Below are positions 28,770-37,055 of a DNA stretch of 64,000 nucleotides, piece by piece. The translations under genes and the position numbers were made by a program. The stretch is from Candidatus Wolfebacteria bacterium RIFOXYD12_FULL_48_21 (lineage in GTDB: Bacteria; Patescibacteriota; Minisyncoccia; UBA6257; UBA9933): NCBI GenBank assembly GCA_001793945.1, contig MGIW01000004.1, positions 26,843 through 90,842 of the forward strand, given 5' to 3'. How positions within the stretch are numbered: position 1 is the stretch's first letter; every line of letters starts with the position of its first letter. The notes below the pieces were generated by a model. The model saw only the letters and a program-made list of their open reading frames with translations, was not told the origin of the DNA and did not search any database.

Positions 28770-29153
28770 ATGCATAAAATTGTTATCGTCGAAGACGAGG
28801 AGGCTCTGGCAAGAGTACTCAAAGAAAAATTTGAAGGCGAAGAGTTCGTTGTGGAACTGGCAATGGATGGAAAGGTTGCGCTTCCGATCATACAAAAGAT
28901 GCGTCCCGACCTCGTACTGCTCGACCTGATGCTCCCGAAAAGGGACGGTATAGATGTCTTGAAGGACATCAAGGCCGATCGGGATCTGGAAAATCTTCCG
29001 GTCATCGTGCTGTCCAATCTGGATGGAGACGAAGATATCAAGCAGGCGATAGCACTCGGAGCGAAAGACTATTTCGTAAAAAGCCAACATCCGATCAAGG
29101 AAGTCGTGGAAAAGGTCAAAGACTTTTTGATCAATCCGCAGCAATATAAGTAA
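28770..29153 (+). CDS. Orphan single-domain response regulator (receiver only)
   Basis: REC motifs (VEDEE, LVLLDLMLP, VIVLSN..D, K); GATATACT 6 nt upstream (leaderless-like). Confidence 0.85.
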   Translation: MHKIVIVEDEEALARVLKEKFEGEEFVVELAMDGKVALPIIQKMRPDLVLLDLMLPKRDGIDVLKDIKADRDLENLPVIVLSNLDGDEDIKQAIALGAKDYFVKSQHPIKEVVEKVKDFLINPQQYK

Positions 29154-29161
29154 GCCATAAA

Positions 29162-29188
29162 GCTCCGCCGTGTATGGCGGGGTTTTTA
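29162..29188 (+). terminator. Rho-independent terminator
   Basis: gctccgccgtgtatggcggggttttt. Confidence 0.7.
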
Positions 29189-29237
29189 AGCATATATTCG
29201 ACACAGTAGGGAAATAACAAAAAATAATTGATTTTCT

Positions 29238-29288
29238 TGTCATTCCGAGCGGAGCAGTACTCTGCGAAGTCGAGGAATCTGCAGAACC
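29238..29288. repeat. Repeat family copy D (partial): TGTCATTCCGAGCGGAGC...CGAGGAATCTGCAG
   Basis: Shares terminal TGTCATTCCGA and CGAGGAATCTG blocks with the other copies. Confidence 0.6.
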
Positions 29289-29324
29289 ATTAGTAAACTT
29301 GAGGTGATAAATACGAATGTAATT

Positions 29325-30611
29325 ATGAAAAAAAGACAATATTATGATGTGGCAGTTATCGGTGGCGGGCCTGCCGGCATGATGGCGGCAGGCCGCGCCG
29401 CGGAACTGGGTGCGCGCGTCGTATTGGTGGAAAAAAATGAAAGCCTGGGTAAAAAACTGCTGCTTACCGGAGGCGGGCGATGCAATCTTACGAACGCCGA
29501 GCCGGATGCGCGAAAGTTTATAGAAAAACTTGGCGGCAAGAACGGCAAATTCTTTTTTTCGCCGCTCGCGGCATTTGGAACGCAACAGACGGTTGATTTT
29601 TTTGAACGCATGGGGGTAAAAACCAAAGTAGAGGATCGTAAGCGCGTATTTCCGATATCCGATAACGCAGCGGATATTTTGCATGCCTTGGAGGCATACA
29701 TGGAGCGCGGCAATGTTACCGTAATGACAGATGCAACGGCGGCCGGATTTAATACAAGAGAAAACAAGCTGACCCAACTATTATTGCGGGGGGGTGAGGT
29801 GGAGGCGGCATCGTATGTGCTGACCACAGGCGGGCGCTCAAGGCCGGAAACGGGTTCGAGCGGCGAGGGGCTGAAGTGGGTCGCGAAATTGGGACACCAT
29901 GTGTTAAATCCATTCCCGGCATTGGTGCCATTAAAAATATCCGACGCGTGGGTAAAAAAGACACAGGGACTGAGTATGGACAATGTAGCGGTAACACTGT
30001 TGGTAAATGGGAAAAAAGATTCTGCGCGCACGGGAAATATTTTGTTTACGCACTTCGGCATGAGCGGGCCGACGATATTGGATATGAGTAAGCGGGTTGG
30101 AGAGGTAGTAAAGGATAAAAGTGCGGAAGTGCTTTTATCTCTCGACCTTAAACCGGCGCTGACGATTGCGCAACTGGATGAGCGAATGCAAAAGGATTTT
30201 AAAAAATATCAGAACAAGACATTCCGAAACAGTCTCGATGATCTTTTGCCGAGGAAATTGATTCCCGCGATAATCGCGTTGGTAAAGATCAATCCCAATA
30301 AAGCGGTACATGAAATAACGCGTGAGGATCGGCTGCGGTTAGTAAAAATGCTTAAAGACCTGCGCATGACGCCGATCGGACTTTTGGGGTTCGACAAGGC
30401 GATCGCGTCGAGCGGTGGTGTAGACTTAAATGAGGTAGATTCAAAAACGATGTGCTCGAAACTGGTGGAAAATCTCTATTTCGCCGGAGATGTGCTTGAT
30501 ATTGATGCGCCGACGGGAGGGTTTAATTTGCAATTGTGCTGGAGCGCAGGGTATGTGGCCGGTGAAGCGGCGGCCCGCGAAGCAATAAAGGAAAGGAATG
30601 CGCATATATGA
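29325..30611 (+). CDS. HI0933/BaiN-like NAD(FAD)-utilising flavoprotein
   Basis: N-terminal GGGPAG dinucleotide motif and GGGRCN block typical of the HI0933 family. Confidence 0.8.
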   Translation: MKKRQYYDVAVIGGGPAGMMAAGRAAELGARVVLVEKNESLGKKLLLTGGGRCNLTNAEPDARKFIEKLGGKNGKFFFSPLAAFGTQQTVDFFERMGVKTKVEDRKRVFPISDNAADILHALEAYMERGNVTVMTDATAAGFNTRENKLTQLLLRGGEVEAASYVLTTGGRSRPETGSSGEGLKWVAKLGHHVLNPFPALVPLKISDAWVKKTQGLSMDNVAVTLLVNGKKDSARTGNILFTHFGMSGPTILDMSKRVGEVVKDKSAEVLLSLDLKPALTIAQLDERMQKDFKKYQNKTFRNSLDDLLPRKLIPAIIALVKINPNKAVHEITREDRLRLVKMLKDLRMTPIGLLGFDKAIASSGGVDLNEVDSKTMCSKLVENLYFAGDVLDIDAPTGGFNLQLCWSAGYVAGEAAAREAIKERNAHI

Positions 30612-31519
30612 ACATAGCAATTATCGGAGCGCGCGGATGTGTAGGGTCTGCGCTCGTTAAAAAACTTATTACAACGACAGGACATACGATTATTGCGTCA
30701 TATAGACCTGAAGAGGGTGTGGGGGTAGCGCATGAGCGCGTAGTATGGCGGCTTGTCGACCTCGGCTCCGACGAGGGAACGGAGCGATTTTTATCAGCGC
30801 AAAACAGCATAGGTCCTGCCGATGTGCTGGTGTATCTGGTACATTCGTTGGACGATAGAAAATTTGAGGCAATGGATAGGGCATTTGCCGACCGAACGGG
30901 TCGAATAGCAAGGAAAGTGGGCGTGAAGCAAATAATCTATTTGGGAGGGATCATTCCTAAAAAAGAACTGTTATCGCAACATTTGCGAAGCAGACAGGAG
31001 ACCGGAAAGCGCCTGGGAGCGCACGGCGTGCCGTTGGCGGAGGTGCGGGCGAGTATCCTGCTCGGGCCGTGCAGTGTTTCATATAGAATGGTTTACTGGT
31101 TGTCCCGAAGATTTCCTGTGGTCATTATGCCGCGGTGGAGTACGACAAAATGTTCGCCCATAGCATTGGAAGACGCAGTTGCCATGGTGGCTGCGTTGAT
31201 TGAGCGTAGGTCGGACGGACACGAGATATTCGAAATAGGATCGGAAACGATGGGCTACGATGAGCTGATTATGCGCAGCGGGGCGGTCGTGCATGGGAGA
31301 CAGAGCAGGGTTATCTATGTGGGATGGTTCCCGCTGGCGATTATCGCATGGGTGGTGCAAACGATCAGCGGCGTGCCGAGACATATAGCAGCGGCGCTCA
31401 TGGGGAGCCTGAAAAACGACTCCATGATCGAACGAAACAGATTTATAGAAGTTGTTGGTCGCGCGCCAAGGCCGGTTGATGAAACACTCCGCGAACTTGC
31501 CCAAGTAATGGCGAAATAA
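30608..31519 (+). CDS. NAD(P)-binding NmrA/SDR-like epimerase/dehydratase family protein
   Basis: GARGCVGSAL Rossmann motif; start overlaps the upstream stop. Confidence 0.7.
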   Translation: MNIAIIGARGCVGSALVKKLITTTGHTIIASYRPEEGVGVAHERVVWRLVDLGSDEGTERFLSAQNSIGPADVLVYLVHSLDDRKFEAMDRAFADRTGRIARKVGVKQIIYLGGIIPKKELLSQHLRSRQETGKRLGAHGVPLAEVRASILLGPCSVSYRMVYWLSRRFPVVIMPRWSTTKCSPIALEDAVAMVAALIERRSDGHEIFEIGSETMGYDELIMRSGAVVHGRQSRVIYVGWFPLAIIAWVVQTISGVPRHIAAALMGSLKNDSMIERNRFIEVVGRAPRPVDETLRELAQVMAK

Positions 31520-31711
31520 AGTAGTCACGGGGCTTGCTCGGGAATAGCTATTAATGGTATACTTAATATAAGATACCTTGTTTGAAAATTGAGTGAGGAC
31601 TTTTTCAAATAAGAGATCGGAACATGAAAGGCGTCCTTCTTTTGAGGGGCGTCTTTTTGTGTGAGTATTCATTTGCAAACGGACTGGCCGATGCACTACA
31701 CTTAGCGGTAT

Positions 31712-32710
31712 ATGATCGAACACGGATTTTGGAATGATCTAAAAAGACCGGTCTTTGCACTTGCCCCCATGGCGGATGTGACCGACGCGGCATTTCGTCG
31801 CATGATCGCAAAATACGGCAAGCCCGATGTAATGTGGACCGAGTTTGTTTCCTGTGACGGGCTTTGTTCAGCGGGAAAGGAAGCGCTCCTCAAGGACCTT
31901 TGGTACGATGAGACCGAACGACCCATTGTTGCGCAAATTTTTGGCGCGACACCGGAACATTTTTATCAAGCGGCACTATTGGCACAAGAGTTGGGATTTG
32001 ACGGAATCGATATCAATATGGGGTGTCCGGAAAAAAACATTCAAAAACAAGGCGCCGGCGCAAAATTGATACAAACGCCCAAGTTGGCGCAAAAGATAAT
32101 AGCCGAGACAAAACGCGGCGCGGGAAAGATTCCGGTATCGGTAAAAACGAGAATAGGGTATACAAAAAATACGATTAATGAGTGGCTGCCGTATGTCATG
32201 GAAATGGAGCCGGCGGCAATCACGATTCACGGTAGGACAAAAAAGGAAATGTCGGCCGTTCCGGCGCATTGGGATGTCATCGCGCATGCCGTGGAACTGC
32301 GCGATGCATATTACGGCGCGAAGGATCGTCCGTTGCTCTTGGGAAACGGAGACGTCTATACGCTGGCGGATGCATTCGAGAAGGTAAAAAAATATGGAGT
32401 TGACGGTGTTATGGTCGGCCGCGGTATGTTTGGAAATCCGTGGTTCTTTGCCGGTAAGGATGCGATGAAAATATCGGGGCCGATTTCGGCGAACGACATT
32501 GCATTGCAGGAAAAGATGCGCGTCATGCTTGAGCACACAGAATTGTTTGAAACATTATTTGGGCAAACAAAGCGGTTTGATGTCATGAAAAAGCACTATA
32601 AGGCCTATGTGCATGGATTTGATGGGGCGCGGGAACTGCGCATGAAACTGATGGCTGCGCACAATGCCGAGGAAGTGAAGCGGACGCTGCACAAGGAAGG
32701 GTATCTGTAA
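31712..32710 (+). CDS. dus: tRNA-dihydrouridine synthase
   Basis: LAPMADVTD, GxDxIDxNxGCP, FMN-binding TIM barrel motifs. Confidence 0.88.
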   Translation: MIEHGFWNDLKRPVFALAPMADVTDAAFRRMIAKYGKPDVMWTEFVSCDGLCSAGKEALLKDLWYDETERPIVAQIFGATPEHFYQAALLAQELGFDGIDINMGCPEKNIQKQGAGAKLIQTPKLAQKIIAETKRGAGKIPVSVKTRIGYTKNTINEWLPYVMEMEPAAITIHGRTKKEMSAVPAHWDVIAHAVELRDAYYGAKDRPLLLGNGDVYTLADAFEKVKKYGVDGVMVGRGMFGNPWFFAGKDAMKISGPISANDIALQEKMRVMLEHTELFETLFGQTKRFDVMKKHYKAYVHGFDGARELRMKLMAAHNAEEVKRTLHKEGYL

Positions 32711-32727
32711 TGTGCATTCGATATATT

Positions 32728-32824
32728 TGTCATCCTGACCCGCCGGATGGCGGGCGAGGAATCTGTTGCTTATAAGCAGCGACTGCAGATCCCTCGGCTT
32801 CGTTCCACTGCGCTCGGGATGACA
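32728..32824. repeat. Repeat family copy B (TGTCATCCTGACCCGCCGGATGGCGGGCGAGGAATCTG ... CAGATCCCTCGG ... GGGATGACA)
   Basis: Full-length copy with terminal inverted repeats, immediately 3' of dus. Confidence 0.8.
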
Positions 32825-32876
32825 AGCTTCATAAAATGAATGACAACGCATCGGAAGCGATGTATAATAAGTACAT

Positions 32877-33320
32877 ATGAAAATCGCACAACAATTTCCA
32901 CAATTCAAAAAGGAACGGGCGTTGCTGATCCTCACCGGGACACAGGAAGCCGAGTTCTATCTTGCTGGAGACGGGCTGATAGAAAAAGTAGAAATGTTTC
33001 GAATCCCGCGTATCCGTTATTCCGGCAACGAAGGCTTGGCGGTGCGCCCCGGGAAGACGGGCGTTACGGGCGGCAGTTCCAAGTCAACCAAAGAACAATA
33101 CCAGCAGGAATTCACGGCAAAGTTCAAGACCACAGTAAAGCAGGTAATTAACAGAACGATCCCTACGCAAATTACCATTATCTCACCAATCATGGGCGAG
33201 ATCGAACAGATACTGCCGATTGCATCAAAGAAATCGGTAACGATGCGATTAAAAAAGAACCTCTGCGAACGCCATCCGGAAGAAATACTTGGCCATATAC
33301 AAAAGGCATTGGGTAAGTGA
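32877..33320 (+). CDS. Hypothetical protein
   Basis: 147-aa ORF; TATAAT 8 nt upstream of ATG (leaderless-like); no recognisable domain. Confidence 0.5.
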   Translation: MKIAQQFPQFKKERALLILTGTQEAEFYLAGDGLIEKVEMFRIPRIRYSGNEGLAVRPGKTGVTGGSSKSTKEQYQQEFTAKFKTTVKQVINRTIPTQITIISPIMGEIEQILPIASKKSVTMRLKKNLCERHPEEILGHIQKALGK

Positions 33321-33358
33321 AGCGAAGACTACAAAGAAAATCGTAGAAAGATAGATCG

Positions 33359-33395
33359 TAAAAAATATCCACCGTAGTTGATGGATATTTTTTTG
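33359..33395. terminator. Bidirectional terminator between convergent genes
   Basis: aaaaaatatccaccgtagttgatggatattttttt. Confidence 0.65.
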
Positions 33396-33417
33396 CACCC
33401 TTTTCAAATTTAAAATT

Positions 33418-34386
33418 TTAAATTTTTTTCCCCTTAATCACTTCATTCAATATGCGCTTGACGCCATCAAGGCTCTCCCAATTATAGACCGAAATAGGAA
33501 CAACGGTCGGATTGAGTTTTTTAAGAAGCGATATCTTTTCATTGAGATCTGCCTCGGTAACCATGTCGCTCTTGCTGAGAAACAGGAACTCCTTCTTGGT
33601 AAGTAGGGCAGGGTTGTGTGCTCCGAGTTCCGAGCGAATGACCGTATAATCGTGGACCGGGTCGGGGGAGTCGGCGGGAACCAAGTGGAAAAGGATTTCC
33701 GTGCGTTCAATGTGGCGAAGAAACCTGTCCCCTAAGCCCTTTCCTTGGCTCGAGCCTTCGATCAGGCCGGGGATGTCGGCGAGGATCAATTCGTAATAAA
33801 CGCCAAGGTTCGGTTCGAGCGTGGTAAACGGATAATTGCCAACCTTGCTTTGTGCGTTGGTCAGTTCGTTGAGCAGGCTGGATTTGCCGGCGCTGGGCAG
33901 GCCAATGATGCCGACATCGGCGATCAACTTCAGCTCCAGCCGAAACATGAACTCTTCTCCCGGCGTGCCGTCTTGGTATTGGGTCGGACTGGTATTGACC
34001 GATGATTTGAAGTGAAAATTGCCCTTGCCACCCTTGCCGCCCTTGGCGATGACGATGCGCTCACCGATCTTGACCAGCTCGTAGTCTGCTCCGGTGGTCA
34101 TATTGTGGATAATGGTGCCAACAGGAACCTTGAGTATGAGATCGGCTCCGGTGTGACCATCGTTGAATTGGGGTTTTCCGGGCTCACCGCTTTCGGCCGA
34201 AATATCCTTTTTGAACCGGAATTGGTTGAGCAGGCTCAAGTCCGAGGCGGCCTCAACAACGACGTTTCCGCCATTACCGCCGCTTCCGCCGGCAGGACCG
34301 AGACTCTTCATATTCTTGTTAAAAGCTACGGCTCCGCGCCCTCCACGGCCGGAACTTGCCTTGATTACGACATCATCGATCAACAT
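33418..34386 (-). CDS. obg: GTPase Obg/CgtA
   Basis: Obg-fold Gly-rich N-domain (GGxGGxGG repeats) and G-domain GLPSAGKSSLL; the C-terminal OCT/TGS extension is not evident. Confidence 0.92.
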   Translation of the reverse strand: MLIDDVVIKASSGRGGRGAVAFNKNMKSLGPAGGSGGNGGNVVVEAASDLSLLNQFRFKKDISAESGEPGKPQFNDGHTGADLILKVPVGTIIHNMTTGADYELVKIGERIVIAKGGKGGKGNFHFKSSVNTSPTQYQDGTPGEEFMFRLELKLIADVGIIGLPSAGKSSLLNELTNAQSKVGNYPFTTLEPNLGVYYELILADIPGLIEGSSQGKGLGDRFLRHIERTEILFHLVPADSPDPVHDYTVIRSELGAHNPALLTKKEFLFLSKSDMVTEADLNEKISLLKKLNPTVVPISVYNWESLDGVKRILNEVIKGKKI

Positions 34387-34503
34387 AGTGGAATTACTAT
34401 AGCAGAGTATGGGGATATTGACAAGGTGTCTGATTTGTTATATATTGACCATTAGCACAAGGCGTAAAAAATACCCACACATATACGGAAGGAGGTGATT
34501 TGG

Positions 34504-34533
34504 TTGACATGTAACGGAAATTGCGGCGGTTGA
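34504..34533 (+). other. Tiny ORF 1 (TTG-TCNGNCGG-stop) behind a perfect 11-nt SD AAGGAGGTGAT
   Basis: SD 34489-34499 then 4-nt spacer and TTG; speculative. Confidence 0.2.
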
Positions 34534-34624
34534 GGCGGATGTAGTGCAAGCGGTCGCTTGTGCTGACAAATAGTCCGGGAGTTTCACAAAAATACAGATA
34601 CACACAAAAGGGAGGTGATTCCGT

Positions 34625-34687
34625 ATGGTAGGAACAAACCGAAGATGGAGACTCGCGACGGTCAGTCACTGCGAAGACGGCTGTTGA
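34625..34687 (+). other. Tiny ORF 2 (MVGTNRRWRLATVSHCEDGC, 20 aa) behind a second GGGAGGTGATT SD
   Basis: SD 34610-34620, 4-nt spacer, ATG; followed by ORF 3 (34690-34734, MGRPDLTILPPRKQ) and a terminator. Confidence 0.25.
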
Positions 34688-34742
34688 CGATGGGGCGTCC
34701 GGATCTGACGATCTTGCCGCCCCGAAAACAATAGTTGCATAC

Positions 34743-34767
34743 CCCGGCTTAGGCCGGGGCTTTTTTT
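34743..34767 (+). terminator. Rho-independent terminator ending the small transcript
   Basis: ccccggcttaggccggggcttttttt. Confidence 0.85.
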
Positions 34768-34860
34768 ATTCGGTATGTGGTATACTTAAGGAAAGATCTG
34801 CCGCGTGGTCGAAGCGACAGCATAAAAGTTGGTATCATAATAAAGCACCCATGTAATGCT

Positions 34861-35301
34861 ATGAAGCAACAGACTATTGTCATAAGCGGTGTGGTAGTAT
34901 TGATACTCGGAGCGGCTTGGTATGGAATCGCGCAATTATATCCAAGCCAAAATGCACAAGCGCCGGAGGCGAGAACTGTCGTGGTCACGCTTGAACAACA
35001 AAACAATTCGGGCGAAACAGGGACTGCGACACTGACGGCCGTCGGCGGAAAAACACAGGTCGAGTTGCGGTTGACGGGCGCACCGGCAGGCATTGTGCAG
35101 CCGGCGCATATTCATACGGGAACATGCGCAAGTATAGGTGGTGTAGTGTATCCGCTGGTATTCCCGGTAGATGGAGTATCCGTTACAACACTTGATATAT
35201 CATTGGATACGATCTTCACTGAGTTGCCTATGGCAATCAATGTGCATAAATCGGCACAAGAGGCGGGTATCTATTATGCGTGCGGGGATATTGCCAAATA
35301 A
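34861..35301 (+). CDS. CHRD-domain protein with N-terminal TM anchor
   Basis: AHIHTGTC and NVHK motifs typical of the CHRD domain; ORF-track start 34777 is too early, first ATG after the terminator/promoter is 34861. Confidence 0.65.
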   Translation: MKQQTIVISGVVVLILGAAWYGIAQLYPSQNAQAPEARTVVVTLEQQNNSGETGTATLTAVGGKTQVELRLTGAPAGIVQPAHIHTGTCASIGGVVYPLVFPVDGVSVTTLDISLDTIFTELPMAINVHKSAQEAGIYYACGDIAK

Positions 35302-35311
35302 GGATGCTCAA

Positions 35312-35343
35312 AAAACACCCGGAAGACGAAGGGTGTTTTTTTG
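35312..35343 (+). terminator. Rho-independent terminator
   Basis: aaaaacacccggaagacgaagggtgttttttt. Confidence 0.8.
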
Positions 35344-35369
35344 TCATTCCACGAAAAGCGGTATATAAT
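35341..35369 (+). promoter_or_regulatory. Consensus promoter TTGTCA-17-TATAAT, 6 nt upstream of ATG 35376 (leaderless mRNA)
   Basis: Exact -35/-10 spacing; ATG begins about at the predicted TSS. Confidence 0.6.
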
Positions 35370-35375
35370 TGCCGT

Positions 35376-35831
35376 ATGACAAGGGAGCTAATCGACCAGA
35401 TCCAAAAAAAGATAGTGCATCTGTTGAAAAAGGTGGGGGACCGACCGCTCCCGGTTTTGGTACAAAAATATTGCGATGAAATAGTTCATTTGGCCGGTAA
35501 TTGGATCCTCGACGAGCTTCCCACCGCGCGAATCTATATTGTCAAAGGAATTATCGATCGGCACACGCACCATGACCTTTTGATCGTTGAATATGGCGGA
35601 AAGGCGTATGTGATCGACCCGGCCGTATGGCGGTTTTTTAAGGGGAAAAAAACGATATTGATGACGACAAAGCACACTATGCCAGAGGCATTAATAGAAA
35701 TACAAAAACTCTACCACGGCATTTGGCGCATTTCGGAACGCATGGAAAAAAGCGGTTTTGAGCGACGGCATGAGTGGGAACGGCGGGTTGAAATAAAAGT
35801 TGACGAAGCGATGCACGACATGGCATCCTAA
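35376..35831 (+). CDS. Hypothetical protein
   Basis: 151-aa ORF directly behind the consensus promoter; no recognisable domain. Confidence 0.55.
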   Translation: MTRELIDQIQKKIVHLLKKVGDRPLPVLVQKYCDEIVHLAGNWILDELPTARIYIVKGIIDRHTHHDLLIVEYGGKAYVIDPAVWRFFKGKKTILMTTKHTMPEALIEIQKLYHGIWRISERMEKSGFERRHEWERRVEIKVDEAMHDMAS

Positions 35832-35842
35832 CGCGCACGGTC

Positions 35843-37000
35843 ATGAAAATAAAACAGGAGCAAAAAAAAGCGCATTGCGCTGTATGCGTGGTATCGGGGA
35901 ATGTACAACGGGAGTGGATCACGGCGGTAGGGATCATTGTGATGGGGACTGTTGTCTACCGCATGATGCTTAAAACGGGGGCGCTGGATGCATTTGCTCC
36001 CGGCGATGCAAATATTACATTTGGCGTTGCATTATTGATCGGCGTGGTTGCGTCGCTTTCTTCATGTATGGCGACGATCGGAGGCGTAGTGGTTGCATTC
36101 GCGCAGAAATATATTACGACAGAGGAGCGGACATGGCGATCAACCCTCAGACCGCATACGGCATTTCACATAGGTCGCATTGGGTCTTTCTTTGTACTTG
36201 GAGGGGCATTGGGGGCGATCGGGGGTACGATACATATCAGCGGGAATATGATAGCGCTGTTCAACATCGCGATTGCGATCGTTATGGCGTGGCTTGGATT
36301 GAATATTCTTGGGCTGGCGCCTTCGATTGCGCGGGCCGGTATTCGCATGCCAAAGCGTATACGAACGATATGGGACACGATGGGTAATTCGAACCGCGCA
36401 AGCACCCCATTTGTGCTGGGAGGGCTGAGTTTCTTTCTGCCCTGTGGATTTACACAAAGTATGCAACTGTTTGCGTTGGCCTCGGGAAGCATGTGGATCG
36501 GCGGTATGAGTATGGCGCTGTTTGCGGTTGGCACTGTGCCGGCCCTGTTAACGCTCGGCGTGGCAAGTGCATGGTCATCAAAGCTCAACGGGGGGATATT
36601 TAAAAAGGTTGCCGGACTCGTAGTTCTGTTGTTCGCAATCACGATCTTTAATGCGGGTCATGCTACATGGGTGAACCCATTTTCGCAAAATGTCGGCGCA
36701 AGGAAGGCTATGGTAATAGAAACGGCTCCATCGGGAGAAATACAGATAGTGCATACAAAGATAGTGCCTACGGGGTTTGATACGGAAACGACCAAGCTAA
36801 AAAAGGGCGTCCCGGTAAAGTGGATCATCAGTGCGGAACAACCAAACGGCTGCACAAATCGCATTATTGTGCCGTCTTTGGGGATATCTAAAGATATCGA
36901 GGTGGGTGATAATGTCGTATATTTCACCCCCGAAGAAGACGGCAAGTTGCCGTTCAGTTGTTGGATGGGTATGGTGCGCGGAGAATTTACCGTCAAGTAA
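35843..37000 (+). CDS. DsbD/CcdA-like transmembrane protein with N-terminal CxxC and C-terminal extracytoplasmic Cys-containing (cupredoxin/heavy-metal-like) domain
   Basis: Conserved Cys in predicted TM1 (SSCMATIGG) and TM4 (FFLPCGF) as in the CcdA/DsbD_2 family; C-terminal about 110-aa soluble domain with NGC...SCWMGM. Confidence 0.5.
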   Translation: MKIKQEQKKAHCAVCVVSGNVQREWITAVGIIVMGTVVYRMMLKTGALDAFAPGDANITFGVALLIGVVASLSSCMATIGGVVVAFAQKYITTEERTWRSTLRPHTAFHIGRIGSFFVLGGALGAIGGTIHISGNMIALFNIAIAIVMAWLGLNILGLAPSIARAGIRMPKRIRTIWDTMGNSNRASTPFVLGGLSFFLPCGFTQSMQLFALASGSMWIGGMSMALFAVGTVPALLTLGVASAWSSKLNGGIFKKVAGLVVLLFAITIFNAGHATWVNPFSQNVGARKAMVIETAPSGEIQIVHTKIVPTGFDTETTKLKKGVPVKWIISAEQPNGCTNRIIVPSLGISKDIEVGDNVVYFTPEEDGKLPFSCWMGMVRGEFTVK

Positions 37001-37055
37001 TAGAGAAAAAAAGGCGACTCCGTAAAGGGGTCGTTTGTGCTATAATGACCTCATT

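Noticed and set aside
28707-29777. 356-aa minus-strand ORF
   Set aside because: Spans the receiver gene, a terminator, a repeat element and the flavoprotein start on the opposite strand, which is not plausible for a real gene.
31540-31700. AT-rich hairpins after the NmrA-like gene as a terminator
   Set aside because: Stems are weak and AT-rich and not followed by a clean U-run, so not confidently callable.
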